A stretch of DNA of 64,000 nt, from contig CDMY01000460.1 in assembly GCA_001179505.1 (NCBI GenBank), forward strand, positions 8,166-72,165, in the 5' to 3' direction. The translations under genes were made by a program, and so were the position numbers. This document shows positions 27,024 to 39,663 of this stretch, piece after piece. Under the pieces are notes generated by a model that saw only the letters and a list, made by a program, of their open reading frames with translations, did not search any database and had not been told where the DNA came from. The first letter of the stretch is position 1. Each line of letters begins with the position of its first letter. The stretch is from Vitrella brassicaformis CCMP3155 (taxonomy: Eukaryota; Protista; Chromerida).

Positions 27024-30000
27024 TCACTCGACTTGTTGTGACGTCTGTGCGCTGGCGCCGAGCTCGCCCTCTTCTTCATCCTCTTCGTTCTCCTCCTCGC
27101 CCAGGCCGAGAATGTCCCGCGCAAAGTCGTGGGGGTTGGACACATCGGCAAACACACTGTGCACAGAAGAGTCGCCAACCAACGCCTGAAAGAACAGGGT
27201 GTACATGCACATGGAACATGTCTCTCTATGCCGCGTTCGCACCTGCAGGCAGTCCTCGAGCCCCTCAAGTGTCATTCGCTCCCCAAACTGATCCATTGCA
27301 CGCATACAGAAGGATCCGTGAGAAATGACGGATGGTGAGGGCCTTGCTGACCTTGACGAGTATCTGCACGAGTCGGTCTTTGTTGACGGGCTGGCCGTCC
27401 GTCTTGAGCGCATTGAAAGCCGATGCTACCTGATCAGTCGTCACCGCAAACACCGGCCTGCATCAACAAGCACAGCAGGGGATGGAATGACTGGGCCTGT
27501 GTGTTGGTGTCTCCTCGCTGACACTCACCTATGGTTGACGTAGAGCTTGAAGAAATCGTCGAACACAATCCTGTCGACGTAGTCGCCTGCACCCAAGAGG
27601 CTCAGACAGCAGAACCCCTCCGTATTCACGTGTGATTACGGGCTGACCTGTCTCAGCGAATTTGGAGTATTTGACTTCATTGATCATGTTCTGGATCTCC
27701 AGCTGAGTGGGGAAGTACCCGAGGGCACACATCAAGTGCGGAATCTCCTGCAGTCACAAATACAGATATGGAGGAAGAGAAAGGCTTCCGTGTCTCTCGC
27801 CTCTTCACCTCCACAGGGATGGTGCCATCGAGGCTGCGTGCTCGAGTGGTGTTTTCGTCCTGTGACCGGATCTGTGAGTAGTAGAAGTAGTCCTTCATGT
27901 CTGAATAGAACTCGCCCTGCTCGCCCCCCTCTATCAGCTTCAAGAAAGGCTCGATGCCGTTGCCCCCTACCCGCAGAATGAATACGTCTCAGCAAAGGCT
28001 ACGTGGGCACGACAGGTGTTACCGAATACGGATGCCGCGGCGACGGGGCTGGGGTCCATCTTCCATTGGTTGATGGTGAGGTCAGTGCCGCCACACGTGA
28101 ATGCGTGTTTGCCCTCGAAGTCGACGGCGATGGCCGCGATGTGGCCCGGCTGGGCTATCAGACCCATGCACTTGTTTGGGTTACTGACACACAGCAGGCA
28201 GCATATATACAAGTCGAGTGGATGATGGGCCAAGGGTCTCTCTCACCCATCAAGCGGCAGCTGCACCAAGCCCAGGACCTTCTCGTACGTCGAATACAGC
28301 ATGAACTGCCTATCGGGGAGAAAGGCCTGACTTTGACAGATGTGCTAGCAGGTCAAGATCTTGTTGTGGCTTACTCGGGCCCTTCCTTGTCTTTGTACAC
28401 GGGAATCATCTGACACACAGGGCCACCGTATGTGGGCGCCAGCGCTGTCTGCAAGCCAAGTCCAACACACACAAGACGCACATGACATGATGCCCGGCAA
28501 AGGCTGCCTCCGATGTCCTGCCAGCCACCTTTCTGCATGTCTTGTGTGTGGCGTTCCAGACTTTGAATTTGTACTCGTCGTTGAGTGTCAGCACATTGGC
28601 ATTGTCGACCTTGCTGCCGTACGGGTACCACACGCAGCCGGTTGGCCTTGCCTCCTGCTCCACCTGTGTCACCATGGCGATCTGCAGCCCCGTCCACTCA
28701 GTGGAACTCTTGACATTGTACTCGACCAGACGGCGGTCCTCGCCTATAGAAAATAACCTGCATAGAGAGAGACACGAGAGACACGCCGTAGATGTGCGCG
28801 TGTGATGCATCTGATGTACCTGTGTTTGTCGCTTTCTGGTCCTGAGAAAGAGAGGCCGACAATGGGACGCCAATGCGACCGGTGCTTGCCTGCGCAGAGG
28901 AGGGATAAGGAAAGGCAGGACATACGGACGATACGATGTCCTCTCATCTCACCCGAGAACATCCACTCGAGTGGGTAGTTGCGATCATTGTGCCGATGAC
29001 CGTGCCTGAATACACATCAGCAATACGGCCGTGAGGCAGTGCAGTCAGGTGTGCCATTCACCTGTATAGACACACACATCTGTCGTGATGGGACACGGCA
29101 AGGTGAGTCGAATCGGGGCTAAACGCCAGCTGACCGGACACACATATACAAGGGCGCCATCAGTGTACGCTGTCATGTTTCCTGCGTCTTGTCAGCCCGC
29201 ATGCATACGTGTGTGGCACATTCCTTAGAGTCTCGGACCGACACTGACTCTGACAGGTCATCCGACTTCAGAATCTTCACGGTACCGTTCGTGAAACCTG
29301 CACAGCAAACAAGGTGTCATCGACCCGCGGCGCATATCAACTGGGCAGACCAACTGGGCAGCTCACCAACGGCGAGCAGCTTTCCATTTGGTGAGAACTC
29401 CAGTGTGTGCGGCACCAGCTTCTCGAATATCTTGACCAGATGCAGCGACCGAGACTGGTAGTTCCACAGGTGGACAAAACCTTCGACCAGCCACACAGCA
29501 CCCCAGGTGGTGTCATCGAAATGCCAGGGCTTTTTCCTTCACACCACACCCGAGTATCCGCAGACAGCAAGGAGGGGCAGGGCGGGATGACAGGAGAGGC
29601 CAAACACGGGCGAGTCCAGACCCTGCAGAACCAGACGACCTCTGAGAAAGGAGGGATGAGTGGCCGGCGACAGTCGGACATGGAGCCAACAGATGCCTGG
29701 CTCACCTTCTATCATCTGCGGAGAGCTCGTAGAACAGGTGAGAGTCCACCTGATGGTCGGACAAGACAGAAGCAACCACTCCGTACCAGCCAAGCGTGTC
29801 TCCGTTACTGTCTACCAGCACGACAAGAGCTGATGCAGTCGACACCAGAAAGGACGCACAGCGGAACTCCTCATCCTTTGAACCAGTGTCTACATTTGTA
29901 CACAGCCAACTACACAATGCAGCGAGCTCGACACTCCATGCTTCCTTACCTTCTTCCTCCGCTGCTTCGAAGGACAGGGCCTTCACCGACCCCTGAATTG

Positions 30001-31736
30001 CACATCATAGCGTTTTGCACCATCGGCGAATCCCAACTTTTTAGTGTGCGAGTCTACCGCCGAAAGGTCTTCAAACCAGGCCTGGATACGGAACTGGTAG
30101 TCGTAAAACCTTCAACCACACATGTCAAATTCATAAAGGAAGAGCTGATGCGATCGTGTCGTACCTGACGGCGCCATCTGCGGCTCCGATGACAACGAAA
30201 GGTGTGTGGACGAGCAGCACATTGAGGGCCACATCGGGGCACAGCTTGACTATCTTGACCGCTCGCCGCTCGTCGGGACGACTCAACCTGAACGCGTAAT
30301 GCAGCACTGCACTGCAGTTGTCCTATGTCGCCCATGTGTGTGATGATCACCCGTCGACAATCAGGCTGAGGTCCCAGATGACCACATCGCCGTCATAAGT
30401 ACCTGCAGACGGTATTCAAGAAGGGCGGACGGATGCACAGAAAAGGCGAATTGCCCACCGGTGGCAGCCTGGGTGGAGTTGGGGAGAAAGATGGTCTGCG
30501 TGTAGTCAGCCACTCTTTGCTTGAAGTCCCCGGCCGACAGAGCGGGCGAGTAGAACTGGAATGGCTGCCCCGCGTCCCAAGTCCAGAAGAACACTCTCCT
30601 GCGACCGTTGGTGGCCAGCTCGTGGATGTCCCAAGCATTGAAGAGTATGCACGTCTGTATGTCCTGCGTGCCGATCACCGCACTGCACAAGGGAGCCGAG
30701 CTGCGAAAGCACGGGAAGGGAAGTGGCATATGGGCACCCCGATGGTCGTGTCTCTGTCTTGATGGGTACGGACCTTCCAGATGACCAGTCCCAGACAGCG
30801 ATGCTTTGGCACTCAGGGTTGCCGTCGGCTGATGTCGAAGCAGGGCCCGGCAGCGCAGCCATCGACTTCTTGGTACTCCCTTCCTCCGTCTGCGACTTCT
30901 GACATGGAGAGAGGCCAGAACCCTACAAAGAGAGAAAGCCTGTGTGTCCAGGAGCAATGCTCACCTCTGGCGATGCCGTCGGTCCCTTGGTTGTGGATCC
31001 TCCGGCCGGTGCCGGCACCGGGGCCGACAGCGTCACTATGAACTTGGAATCGGGGGTAATGTCTAGCGCTATCGCGCCTGCAGTCGTCGCGTCCAATCAC
31101 ATCAGTGACGTGTGGGCCATTCCGTATGTGTTCTGCACTGACCGTTGGGATGTGGGTCGAGTATGGTTTTCATCGGCGTAGCTGATACGCGATCCCACAC
31201 GACGAGCAGGCTATCGCTGCCCGCGTCCGCTGTGATGAGCCACTTGCGGTCACGAGAGACGGCCGTGGCCATGATGGGGTTCACCTGACACACATGACAC
31301 CAACAGACAAGACATATGTGTGAAGGTTTACAAGCAATGGACATGTGTGTGCACTGCCTACGTGTCCCTGTAAGAGGCGCTGCTCTCCTGTGTTGTAGTT
31401 GAAGATAACACCGGTGTGTGCTGCCGCATAAAACATTTCCTGAACCACGCGATGGCCAAGCCATTCCCGAGGTGTCTTTGCAATGAGGGCCCTGATACCG
31501 TGGCGTCCATCTTGGGATCTGTGAGGTTGTGCACACCGCCGATGATGTCCTTGTTCAGCCCGAGGCTCCAGTGCAGAGACTGACAGACAAACACAGATAG
31601 ATAGACAGACGGACAGACATATGCAGAACAGAGAGAAGTTGTGCCCTACCAGCGCCACAGAGTCAGCTACCGATGGCCCCAGCTCATCCGCTCCCCTCTC
31701 AGGGTCACGGGTAAATGCCTCGGGCTGAGGATCCAT
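27024..31736 (-). CDS. CFAP251: Cilia- and flagella-associated protein 251 (WDR66): WD40 repeats + C-terminal EF-hand region
   Basis: LHWSLGLNK, YAAAHTGVIFN...QRLLQGH, VSRDRKWLITAD, DGDVVIWD, SIGEDRRLVEY, MKDYFYYSQIRSQ, LMCALGYFPTQLEIQNMINEVKYSKFAETG, FKLYVNHR and an acidic tail. Confidence 0.85.
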
Positions 31737-32004
31737 CGCAGACCACGCTCAGAGTTGTCAGGCCGTCTGAGAAAACGTCAGCGAAGTCTGAGGTTGCAGG
31801 GGCAGCTCAAAGCGGGTCTGCACACAGACGGGAACACTCAGTTTGGCAGCGCCTTTAGGAGCTGCGAGCTCGTGGATGGGGGCGGCCCACAGAGACTGCG
31901 ATCCGGACTCGGAGAAGCTGACTGACAGCGTCAGATTGAGGGTGCCACGTGCCATTTGCACTGCCGTTCAAAGTCATCATATATCACTGGCACGGAGAAA
32001 AGCG

Positions 32005-34834
32005 ATGGCGGCCTTCACCAATCGTTTCCTCTTCCCCGCGCCGCCACCAACCTACAACGCTGACCACTTCAATGACAACCTGTGCTGGGTCCCATGGTGA
32101 GAGGCCAACACCCCTTCCATCCATCCATCAGATACGTGATGCTATCTCTTCTTGATCCTGCAGGAACCCAGCTGTCGGTCCGCTCGCCAAGTACGTTGCT
32201 CTGCATCACCCGGAGAATGCAGATGGGATCCCGTGCCTGTGGTTCCCAGCAGAAAGGTCAGCACTGATGGCCCATGCCAACATGCAGACAGATGGGCACT
32301 CGGGCTTGACCGTTCCTCTTGCTCAGGGCCGCGACGGTTGTGATGTTTCTTCACGGCAATGCTGAGGACCTGGGGCTCTGCTACCCCTTCCTCAGGCACA
32401 TGAGGGACCAATTCAAGGTGCAACGCAAGACACACACAGTCGCATGACGCACCTCATCTTGCGTGAACCTGATTGGGTTCCGCCAGGTGAATGTGTTGTC
32501 CTGTGAGTACCCTGCCTACGGGCTGCTCAAAAACCTCTCGCCGTCGCCCGATGCCGTCAACGAGGTCAAAAAGCACGAAGAAGTGAGAATAGAGGCTCCT
32601 CAGATCCCTTGTTCTGCTATTTGTAGGTCGTGACGACAGTGTTGCGGTATCTGGTGGACACGGTGGGCGTCGCCTACCCCCAAATATTCTTCTTCGGAAG
32701 ATCTATCGGTAGGCGTAAGCGCGAGGAGAAGAGCACAAAGGAAACATCATGTGACCTGTCAGGCTCTGGCCCGGCCGTACATGTCGCCTCTCGCTACCCT
32801 GTCGGAGGCCTGATCTTGGTAGGCAGAGACATACACACAAATCTGGACCCGTTCATGTGTGATACTGACTGGCAGGTGTCGCCCTTCACATCGATCCGCG
32901 ATGCTGTCAAGAGTATCGTGGGTACACAGCAACAAATGACAATGCCACACTGCCATTCGCAGCTCTTGTGCATGTGCTTCCTGTCAGGGCCGATTCCGTC
33001 GCTTTTCTTCCAGGACCGGTTCGTCAATAGCAAGCTAATCCAGGTAAGTGGCTTGATGGACAGAGACACTCGAAGAAAAGAAGCACCTGTTCGTTTTCTC
33101 GCAGAATGTGTCGTGTCCCACTCTGTTCATCCACGGCGAGTGCGACTACCTCATCCCTCTCTCACACTCAGAGGAGGTCGGCTGGGCCCAGAAGAAGAGA
33201 CGTGAGACACTCATGGAGACATCTGTATGCTTTCATCAGCTCCACAGCCGTTGTCGGTCCAAGAAGCTTCTAGTGTGCCCCCCACACATGGAGCACAACT
33301 CAAATCTCTTTTGTGACGCCGAATTCCTAGCCATACCGGTGAGGAAGACACCTATGCACCGGTAGATAAAGCAGTGCAGCGCCTTACCTTTATCGCATCT
33401 CAGGTGATCAACTTCTTTGGTTTCCCCGGATATGCGATCGACAACCCACCACGCTTACCCGAGCACATCTTCAGGGCCGGGTGAGGAGCCCTTGGGAGGA
33501 AGGGGTCTGGATGGATGCAGATTGTCAGCACCTTGTGCCTCGTTTACTCTCGACAGGAAGAAACAGGTCAAGTTGACGGTTGACCCGTCTTCGTTCGTCC
33601 CGTGGGTCTGCAGAAACGGCAAGAGGGTAAGAAATGCCCACCGCTCAGGCACACTGACAGCGCTGATGGCCACCCTGTTTGTGGTGCCTGTTCTCAGATG
33701 CAAAATGACGAATTCGAAGTTCCTCTACGCCACTCTTCAAAAAGTGTGAACGAAACGGAACATTGTTGCACCGCCGAGCGTGACGTATGCGCCTTCCTTG
33801 ATGTGTCTCGTGCAGGCGTCAGCTCTCAGCACCCGTCTGTCTCCTGCGAGGCCATGCGCTTTCCGCCGTGTCCACCGCAGCCACCATGCAATCACCTCAC
33901 ACACGAGGGAGAGGAAGACTTCTCCGGTATGTACCCACATCAGTGTCTCCTACTGACAATCACCTCTGTCGGTGTGTGCAGGTGAGTTCGACCGGTTGGT
34001 GTCGTCTGACAGCCTAGCCTCGGATTGGGACGACATCCTGCCGGTAGAGGAAGAGAGAGACAGTGCACACATACCTGGAGACAGCGGCCAGTATGCACAC
34101 AGACGGTGAGGACGCAGTGTACCGACGCACCGATCGGCACCCACACCAATGTCTGCATGGGCGTCTTGTGTGGGTGCAGAGCGGTGTGTTCGTACCCTGA
34201 TGGGAACGGCAAAGGTCTGGGTGGTGATGTACTGCCGCGGCCACCCACCGGCAGCAACATGAGCGATGCGCTTACGAGAAATGACTCCAATGCTGACAGA
34301 ATACGAGGTGACGACGACATACGACATGGACGGCACAGCAGCTTGTATGCGTGTTAATGGCATTCAATTGCCTGTAGATGAGGATTCTTTCAACTCGCTT
34401 GATTTCTGGGAAGGGGACCTACACACGCCAGAAGAAGCGTCCTTGAGGTGAGAAAACGGAGACACCACCCAAATTCTGGGCATTCATCCCCGATGATGCC
34501 CGTTTATCTATTCAGGCAGTCGCTGCCGCCCTCAGCGCCTCCGAAGCGGTTCCAAGAGGCCACGTCCATTTCATGGCCACCATCAAGAAGGCAGAAACTC
34601 TCACCAAAAAACGCGCCCGTCAACACGTCCCTCCTGGTCGACGACGTGTTCCTCCCCCCGTCCCGCTCCCTCCCCGAGCCGCTTCGCCAGCCATCGCTCT
34701 GCCCGCAGAGGCGCTTCTCTCCCCCACCCTCTGTGTCGCTTGCGTCGTCGGACTCGGTTGATGAGGCTGTGTGGGCGGATGTCGTGCTGGCCGGCCACAT
34801 TGGGGCGAGGAACGTCCCGAGAAGAGTCAGATAG
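32005..34834 (+). CDS. ABHD17/ABHD13-like alpha/beta hydrolase with a long low-complexity C-terminal tail (3' end uncertain)
   Basis: FLFPAP, FLHGNAEDLG, EYPAYG, FFGRSIG|SGP (nucleophile GxSxG), SPFTSIRD, DRF, PTLFIHGECD (Asp) and HMEHN (His). Exons after ~33480 are less certain. Confidence 0.85.
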
Positions 34835-35012
34835 GATGGATTGAGTGCATTGCTCTTGCACGTGTGGACATGTGCGTGTGCGTATGCGTGCGCGTGTGCG
34901 TGTGCGTGCGCGTGTGCCCTGTTGTTGTCAATGCAATGCCTCCATCCCCCCAAGCTCCCCTCAATTTTCGAGCTCCAGCCGGGATGTAAATGCATCGATA
35001 AATCGGGGAGGA

Positions 35013-36090
35013 ATGGCGGGTCAACGGATGGTTCCGGATCCACCGTTTTGGCTGCCCAGTAGTCTGGCTGATATGTGGCGTGACCTCAAGTCGCTGGAGC
35101 TCAATCGAGAGTTCATTGCCTTCCTCGAGGACTCGGGCTACCCGCCGATGGCCAAGCATGTGCGCGACTGGCTGCTGTTCATGATCATTGTAAGGAGCCA
35201 ACACACGCACACATGATGAATGGAGAGATCTGGCGCAACTGGTCTGCAGAAGAGCCGGGAGGGGGACGGCGATGTGAAGACGATGTTGCCTGACCATCTG
35301 CTGGTGGTGTGGAACGCTGGCAAGATCCACACCGGCTACTACTACGAGGCCCTTCCTCGCGCACTCGGCATAAGCCGCTTCATCCCGCAGTAAGGACGCT
35401 ATACTGAGAGCAGCTTCATCTCTTCGACGTTTGGATGCATGGATCATTCAGTTCTCGTTGGGCGGAGGAGCGTCTGCCAGATGAGGAGAAGATGGCACGT
35501 CGGGAGGCGGCCCTGACCGCATTCAAGTCCACCTACGGCCGCGACTATGTTCCGTAAGCTCCTCCTCTCTCTCTCGATGGCGAATGTGTGGTTTGTACAG
35601 GAGTGAGGGTGCCGCTGAGGTGTTCGTCACGCAGCGTTCCTGGAGTCCATCGAGCCCCGCAAGGCATCGAGCAAGGGCACCACCAGGTCACACGCACAGC
35701 AGACACCGATGTACGGATGGATGAATGGATGGATGCATGGATTGCACTGTGCTGCGTGCAGCTACATCCTGCGGGATCGGGTGCCATTCACTTGGATCAA
35801 CGTCAAGACACTGTCTGGTGAGCGTGTGTTGGTGCACGCGCTCCCAGAGGCCACCGTGGCCGAGGTCAAGTTCGCCGTCTTCGAGGTCAATCGCGTCCCC
35901 GTGCACAAAATGCGGCTCGTGCATGCGGGCAGGCAGCTTCAGGACCACAGACTGCTATCTGACTACGCTGCGCGTGTGGGACAACTGCACGCATAACCGA
36001 CTCTCGTCTGTCTGTCTGTCTGTCTGTATGTGGGTGCTTGCAGGTGTTACTTCGCAAGAATGCCTGTTTCATCTGATTGTGCGCGAGTGA
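35013..36090 (+). CDS. Hypothetical protein with an RDWLL motif and a C-terminal ubiquitin-like domain
   Basis: LADMWRDLKSL...VRDWLLFMII|gtaagg; INVKTLSGERVLVHALPEATVAEVKFAVFEVNRVPVHKMRLVHAGRQLQDHRLLSDY|GVTSQECLFHLIVRE* follows the ubiquitin pattern. Confidence 0.75.
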
Positions 36091-36235
36091 GGCCCGCCTC
36101 ATAAGTTGTCTTTACTGACCGGCGTATGCACACAGAGAGACCCACAGACGGCCCACGTCATTCATTATGTATGTATGTACACACACACACGTCCATTCAT
36201 CCATCGACAACCCCCCCCTATACTACCAACGCCAT

Positions 36236-39151
36236 CTAGTCAACAGAGCGATAGTCGACCCGTTCTGGACATTGCACTCCTCCATCGTCTCCGTGTCGAG
36301 CGGCCTGCAGCAAGCCATGCACACAACGTGCCACCTCCCACCGGATGCCGTGCAGTCGGTTGGCATACATTCTCCTGTTGATGACGCAGTACATCCACGG
36401 CTCGGTGATGGGAATTCCTGTGCGTCTGCGGATGGCCAGCTTCACCTCATACACAGTGGCACTGGGTCGCACCAGAAACTCGCCCTTCGTGCCAGTACAT
36501 GTGGCCGCACGCACGAGCAAGTACTCCACTCCTGGCGTCTTCCACCTGACGCACGACACGCAGAAACGCATGACATTGATCAGCATGGCTTTGTTTTTTT
36601 TGGCGTACCGCTCATGGGCGGCGGGCAGGGCGTATTTGAGGCGTGCTTCGCTTGCCCGCCTCTCTTCTGCAGTGCGCTCTTCGTCGACCGAAAGATCCCT
36701 GCAGACGAAAACGTAAACAGGGGAGGCAATGCGTCCAGCCCTCATGTCCTCTTTCTCTGGTCAGGCAGTTTAGCTGACGAGAAGTATTCGAAGCCCAGGA
36801 TGTCCTTGAACACCATCCGATCCGCCTCCACGCTACCATCATCCTCTCTCTTGAATTGCTCACACGGCAGGATGGCCACCCGGAACGATACGCTGCGCAA
36901 AATATATACAATGGACCACCAATGTGGCGTCTGTCTGTCTGTCTGTCGAGTCTTTCCCTCACGTACTGAATAGGTGCTTCTCGCATGCCGATGACGCGAC
37001 ACACCTCGCTGTAGAGGTCAGGATGCTGCAACACCGCACGCGATACCTGCAACGAAAAGTACAGATGCCGGCTGCCCTTCTCTCTTTTCGATTCTCGTCA
37101 CCATGCGTACCGCTTCGAGATGCCAAGGCAGGTCAATCCTTCTACACTGAGCCGCCTGCAAGTGAGAAGAACCGGCAACACACGCCGCAGGCAAACAGAT
37201 AGACGTTCACCCTTCACCCACCCATCCCGCCTTACAACGATCATCCAAAGGAGCCAGTCTCGGACAGCCAATCTGGCATCGTAGTAGCCACGGTAGCGGA
37301 CCTGCTTGCTCACGGCAATGAGGACATCTCCCCACGGCAGCTGACCGAGTGACTGCCACACGCGCGTCAGGTGCTGAGGGAGGGGCTGCTGGACGGGTGC
37401 GATGCTGAGTAGTGGCACCACGGCCGTGCGGAAGGCGGCGATGTCGGCCTGGTTGTCACACACGTGGTCAGATGCCATCAGGCAGGAGAGGGTGTGATCG
37501 TCGAAAGCCGTCACGTTGGGGGCCAGTGCGGGCAGCCAGTGTCCTACAATGCCGTGTAGACGGTCACTCGAGGAATCGGTGAGGCACTGGAGCAGCCGCT
37601 CACTCACTCGGCGATCTAACGCACTGCAACAGACACAAGGAAAGAGACCAAGTGAGTGGACCTGAAGAGGGCCCGTCAGCACATATCGCACCTACCATGC
37701 CATGTCCTTGAGCTTCCCCCAGCTCCGCTCCACGGCGCATTTGCGCAGGTAGTGCAGCGCGATCTCACACATCGGCAACACGCTCGCCTGCACCCGCACC
37801 ACCACGTCGGCCAGCGTCTTGTCACTCACACCCCTCGCTGACAGCTCCGCTGGAGGAAGGTTGGGGGCTGTCAGCCTGAGCCGGGTGTGCGTCATGCTGC
37901 CGAGCGCCACCAAACCGAAGGCCCTGAGTGGTGACTGCGGCAGCTTGTCGCCAATGCTGCAAATCGGGTCAGGCGCTCCATCGACGTACACGGTCGCTGT
38001 TGCCGCGAAGCAGCGGACGAATGCACCGCCCCCGACCTGCCCGCGGACAGTTGCTCTGGCCTGCTGCTCGACGCTCACGCGCACGGCCCACTCGGTCACG
38101 TCGGAAAGCCGTGACTCCGATGTGCACGTGAACGGCTGGACGGACACGTCAGTGACGAAGCGGCTGTCGGATATCTCGTCGGGGTCGCTCATGGAATGGT
38201 CGAAGGGGCGGGTGGTGATATCTCCGAGAAGCTCCTGCTCAAACACGCGACCTGCATGCGCCAAAACCAAAATGCCTGCATCCCACCGCACCTTGCCAGC
38301 TCATTCCAATCACTCACCCAGCGCTTGTTTGACGTCCTGCGATCCAGTGGCTTCGGTAAGGAAAGTCGCGAGGTCGCTGCTGGAGGGGTCCATGACGCCG
38401 CTGGACATCTGGCGACTCACTCCCTCCACCAGGTCACGCACACACTGGTGGGAGTCAGGCTCAGACGAGGGGGTGCTGATGTCTTTGATGATGCGGGGAC
38501 GGGCGAACAGGCAGCTGCAGAGCGCGTCGAGCAGGCCTGCGTCCTCCTGGATGAGGCGCGTGACGACTGGTGCGGTGGGGATCTGCTTGAGCACCAACAC
38601 GGAGAAGTCAACGTCGTCGCACCAACGCGAATCTACTACCTGAGCGAACGAACGAGCAAACATCCAATCGGTTGGCCAATGCGTATCACAGTCAGTCATG
38701 TCAAGCCCTTTCCCACCTTGGCTGCGATTTGCTTGAGCAGATCATTGAGGCTCTCCCTGTTGTCAGCAGACTGGTCGTGGTCGGCGCCGAAGCCCAGGAA
38801 GTCGATGACTGCCAGCACATCGATAAGGTTGCCCGAAGTCACCCCCTGCACGATGGCCGACGCCGGGCGCTGCAGCACCACCGCCGCCACATCACGAGTG
38901 ACGCCCTCGAGGATGCTCAAGCCGCCACCATCGGCACCACAGTCCAATGCAGCACTCTGCGGACAAGGCACAGACAGTGAAGAACCAAGATCTGTGAGCT
39001 GTCCGTTGCTCGTGCTTTCTCTCCTCACCTCGTAGAAGTTGCATTGGCTGCGGAAGTACTGGAACTGCAGCAGCACGCTCCTATGTACAGGAATGCTGCT
39101 GGAGCCGTCTGCCGCCTGAAACACCAGAGTGACGAACCCGTCTTCTTCCAT
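36236..39151 (-). CDS. BTB/POZ-like N-terminus + RDWLL motif + divergent C-terminal ubiquitin-like domain
   Basis: VTLVFQAADGSSSIPVHRSVLLQFQYF and NLIDVLAVIDFL are BTB-like. VRDWLLWMIV|gtaagg; FLVRPSATVYEVKLAIRRRTGIP is Ubl-like. The start may lie one exon further upstream. Confidence 0.7.
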
Positions 39152-39663
39152 GGATGCCGGCTGCTGAATCAACGCTTGCTGCCGACCAGCAGCTTCCAGG
39201 GAAGAATGGTGTTGCTCATCGGGCTTGAATCCATCGCTTGCTCAGCTTCCGCGATCCGGCCTCCTTCACCGGAGCAAGCATTCTCGAAAGAAAGGAGGCC
39301 AGTGGGCACCGTAGAGCTCCCGGACGGCCCATGCATCATGTGTGGATTGGCGATGGCCGTGGTCGACTGACGTATCCAGAGCCTCAGATACTCACCGCTG
39401 GTAGGCTTTGCTGATGACACAGTCATTACGTGGTCATCTCATTTCATTGTTGCTGTGCTTTGCCTCAATGACAGCAGATAGCCCCGACGAGTGGCCAATG
39501 CATCCCTCCCTCGTGTGCAGATGAGTGGCCAGACGGGGGCGGCCAAGCAGGATACTCTGTCACTGACTGACCCATACCTGTCCATCACATCGCCTGGTGA
39601 GCAAGGACAGACCCGCTGCCATCACACCATCACACATGTGCTTTGTCTTCAGCCTTGGTACAA

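Noticed and set aside
34868-34917. 50-bp alternating purine-pyrimidine tract (Z-DNA-prone) upstream of the Ubl gene
   Set aside because: Similar (TG/CG)n tracts are ubiquitous in this sequence, so there is no evidence of a specific role.
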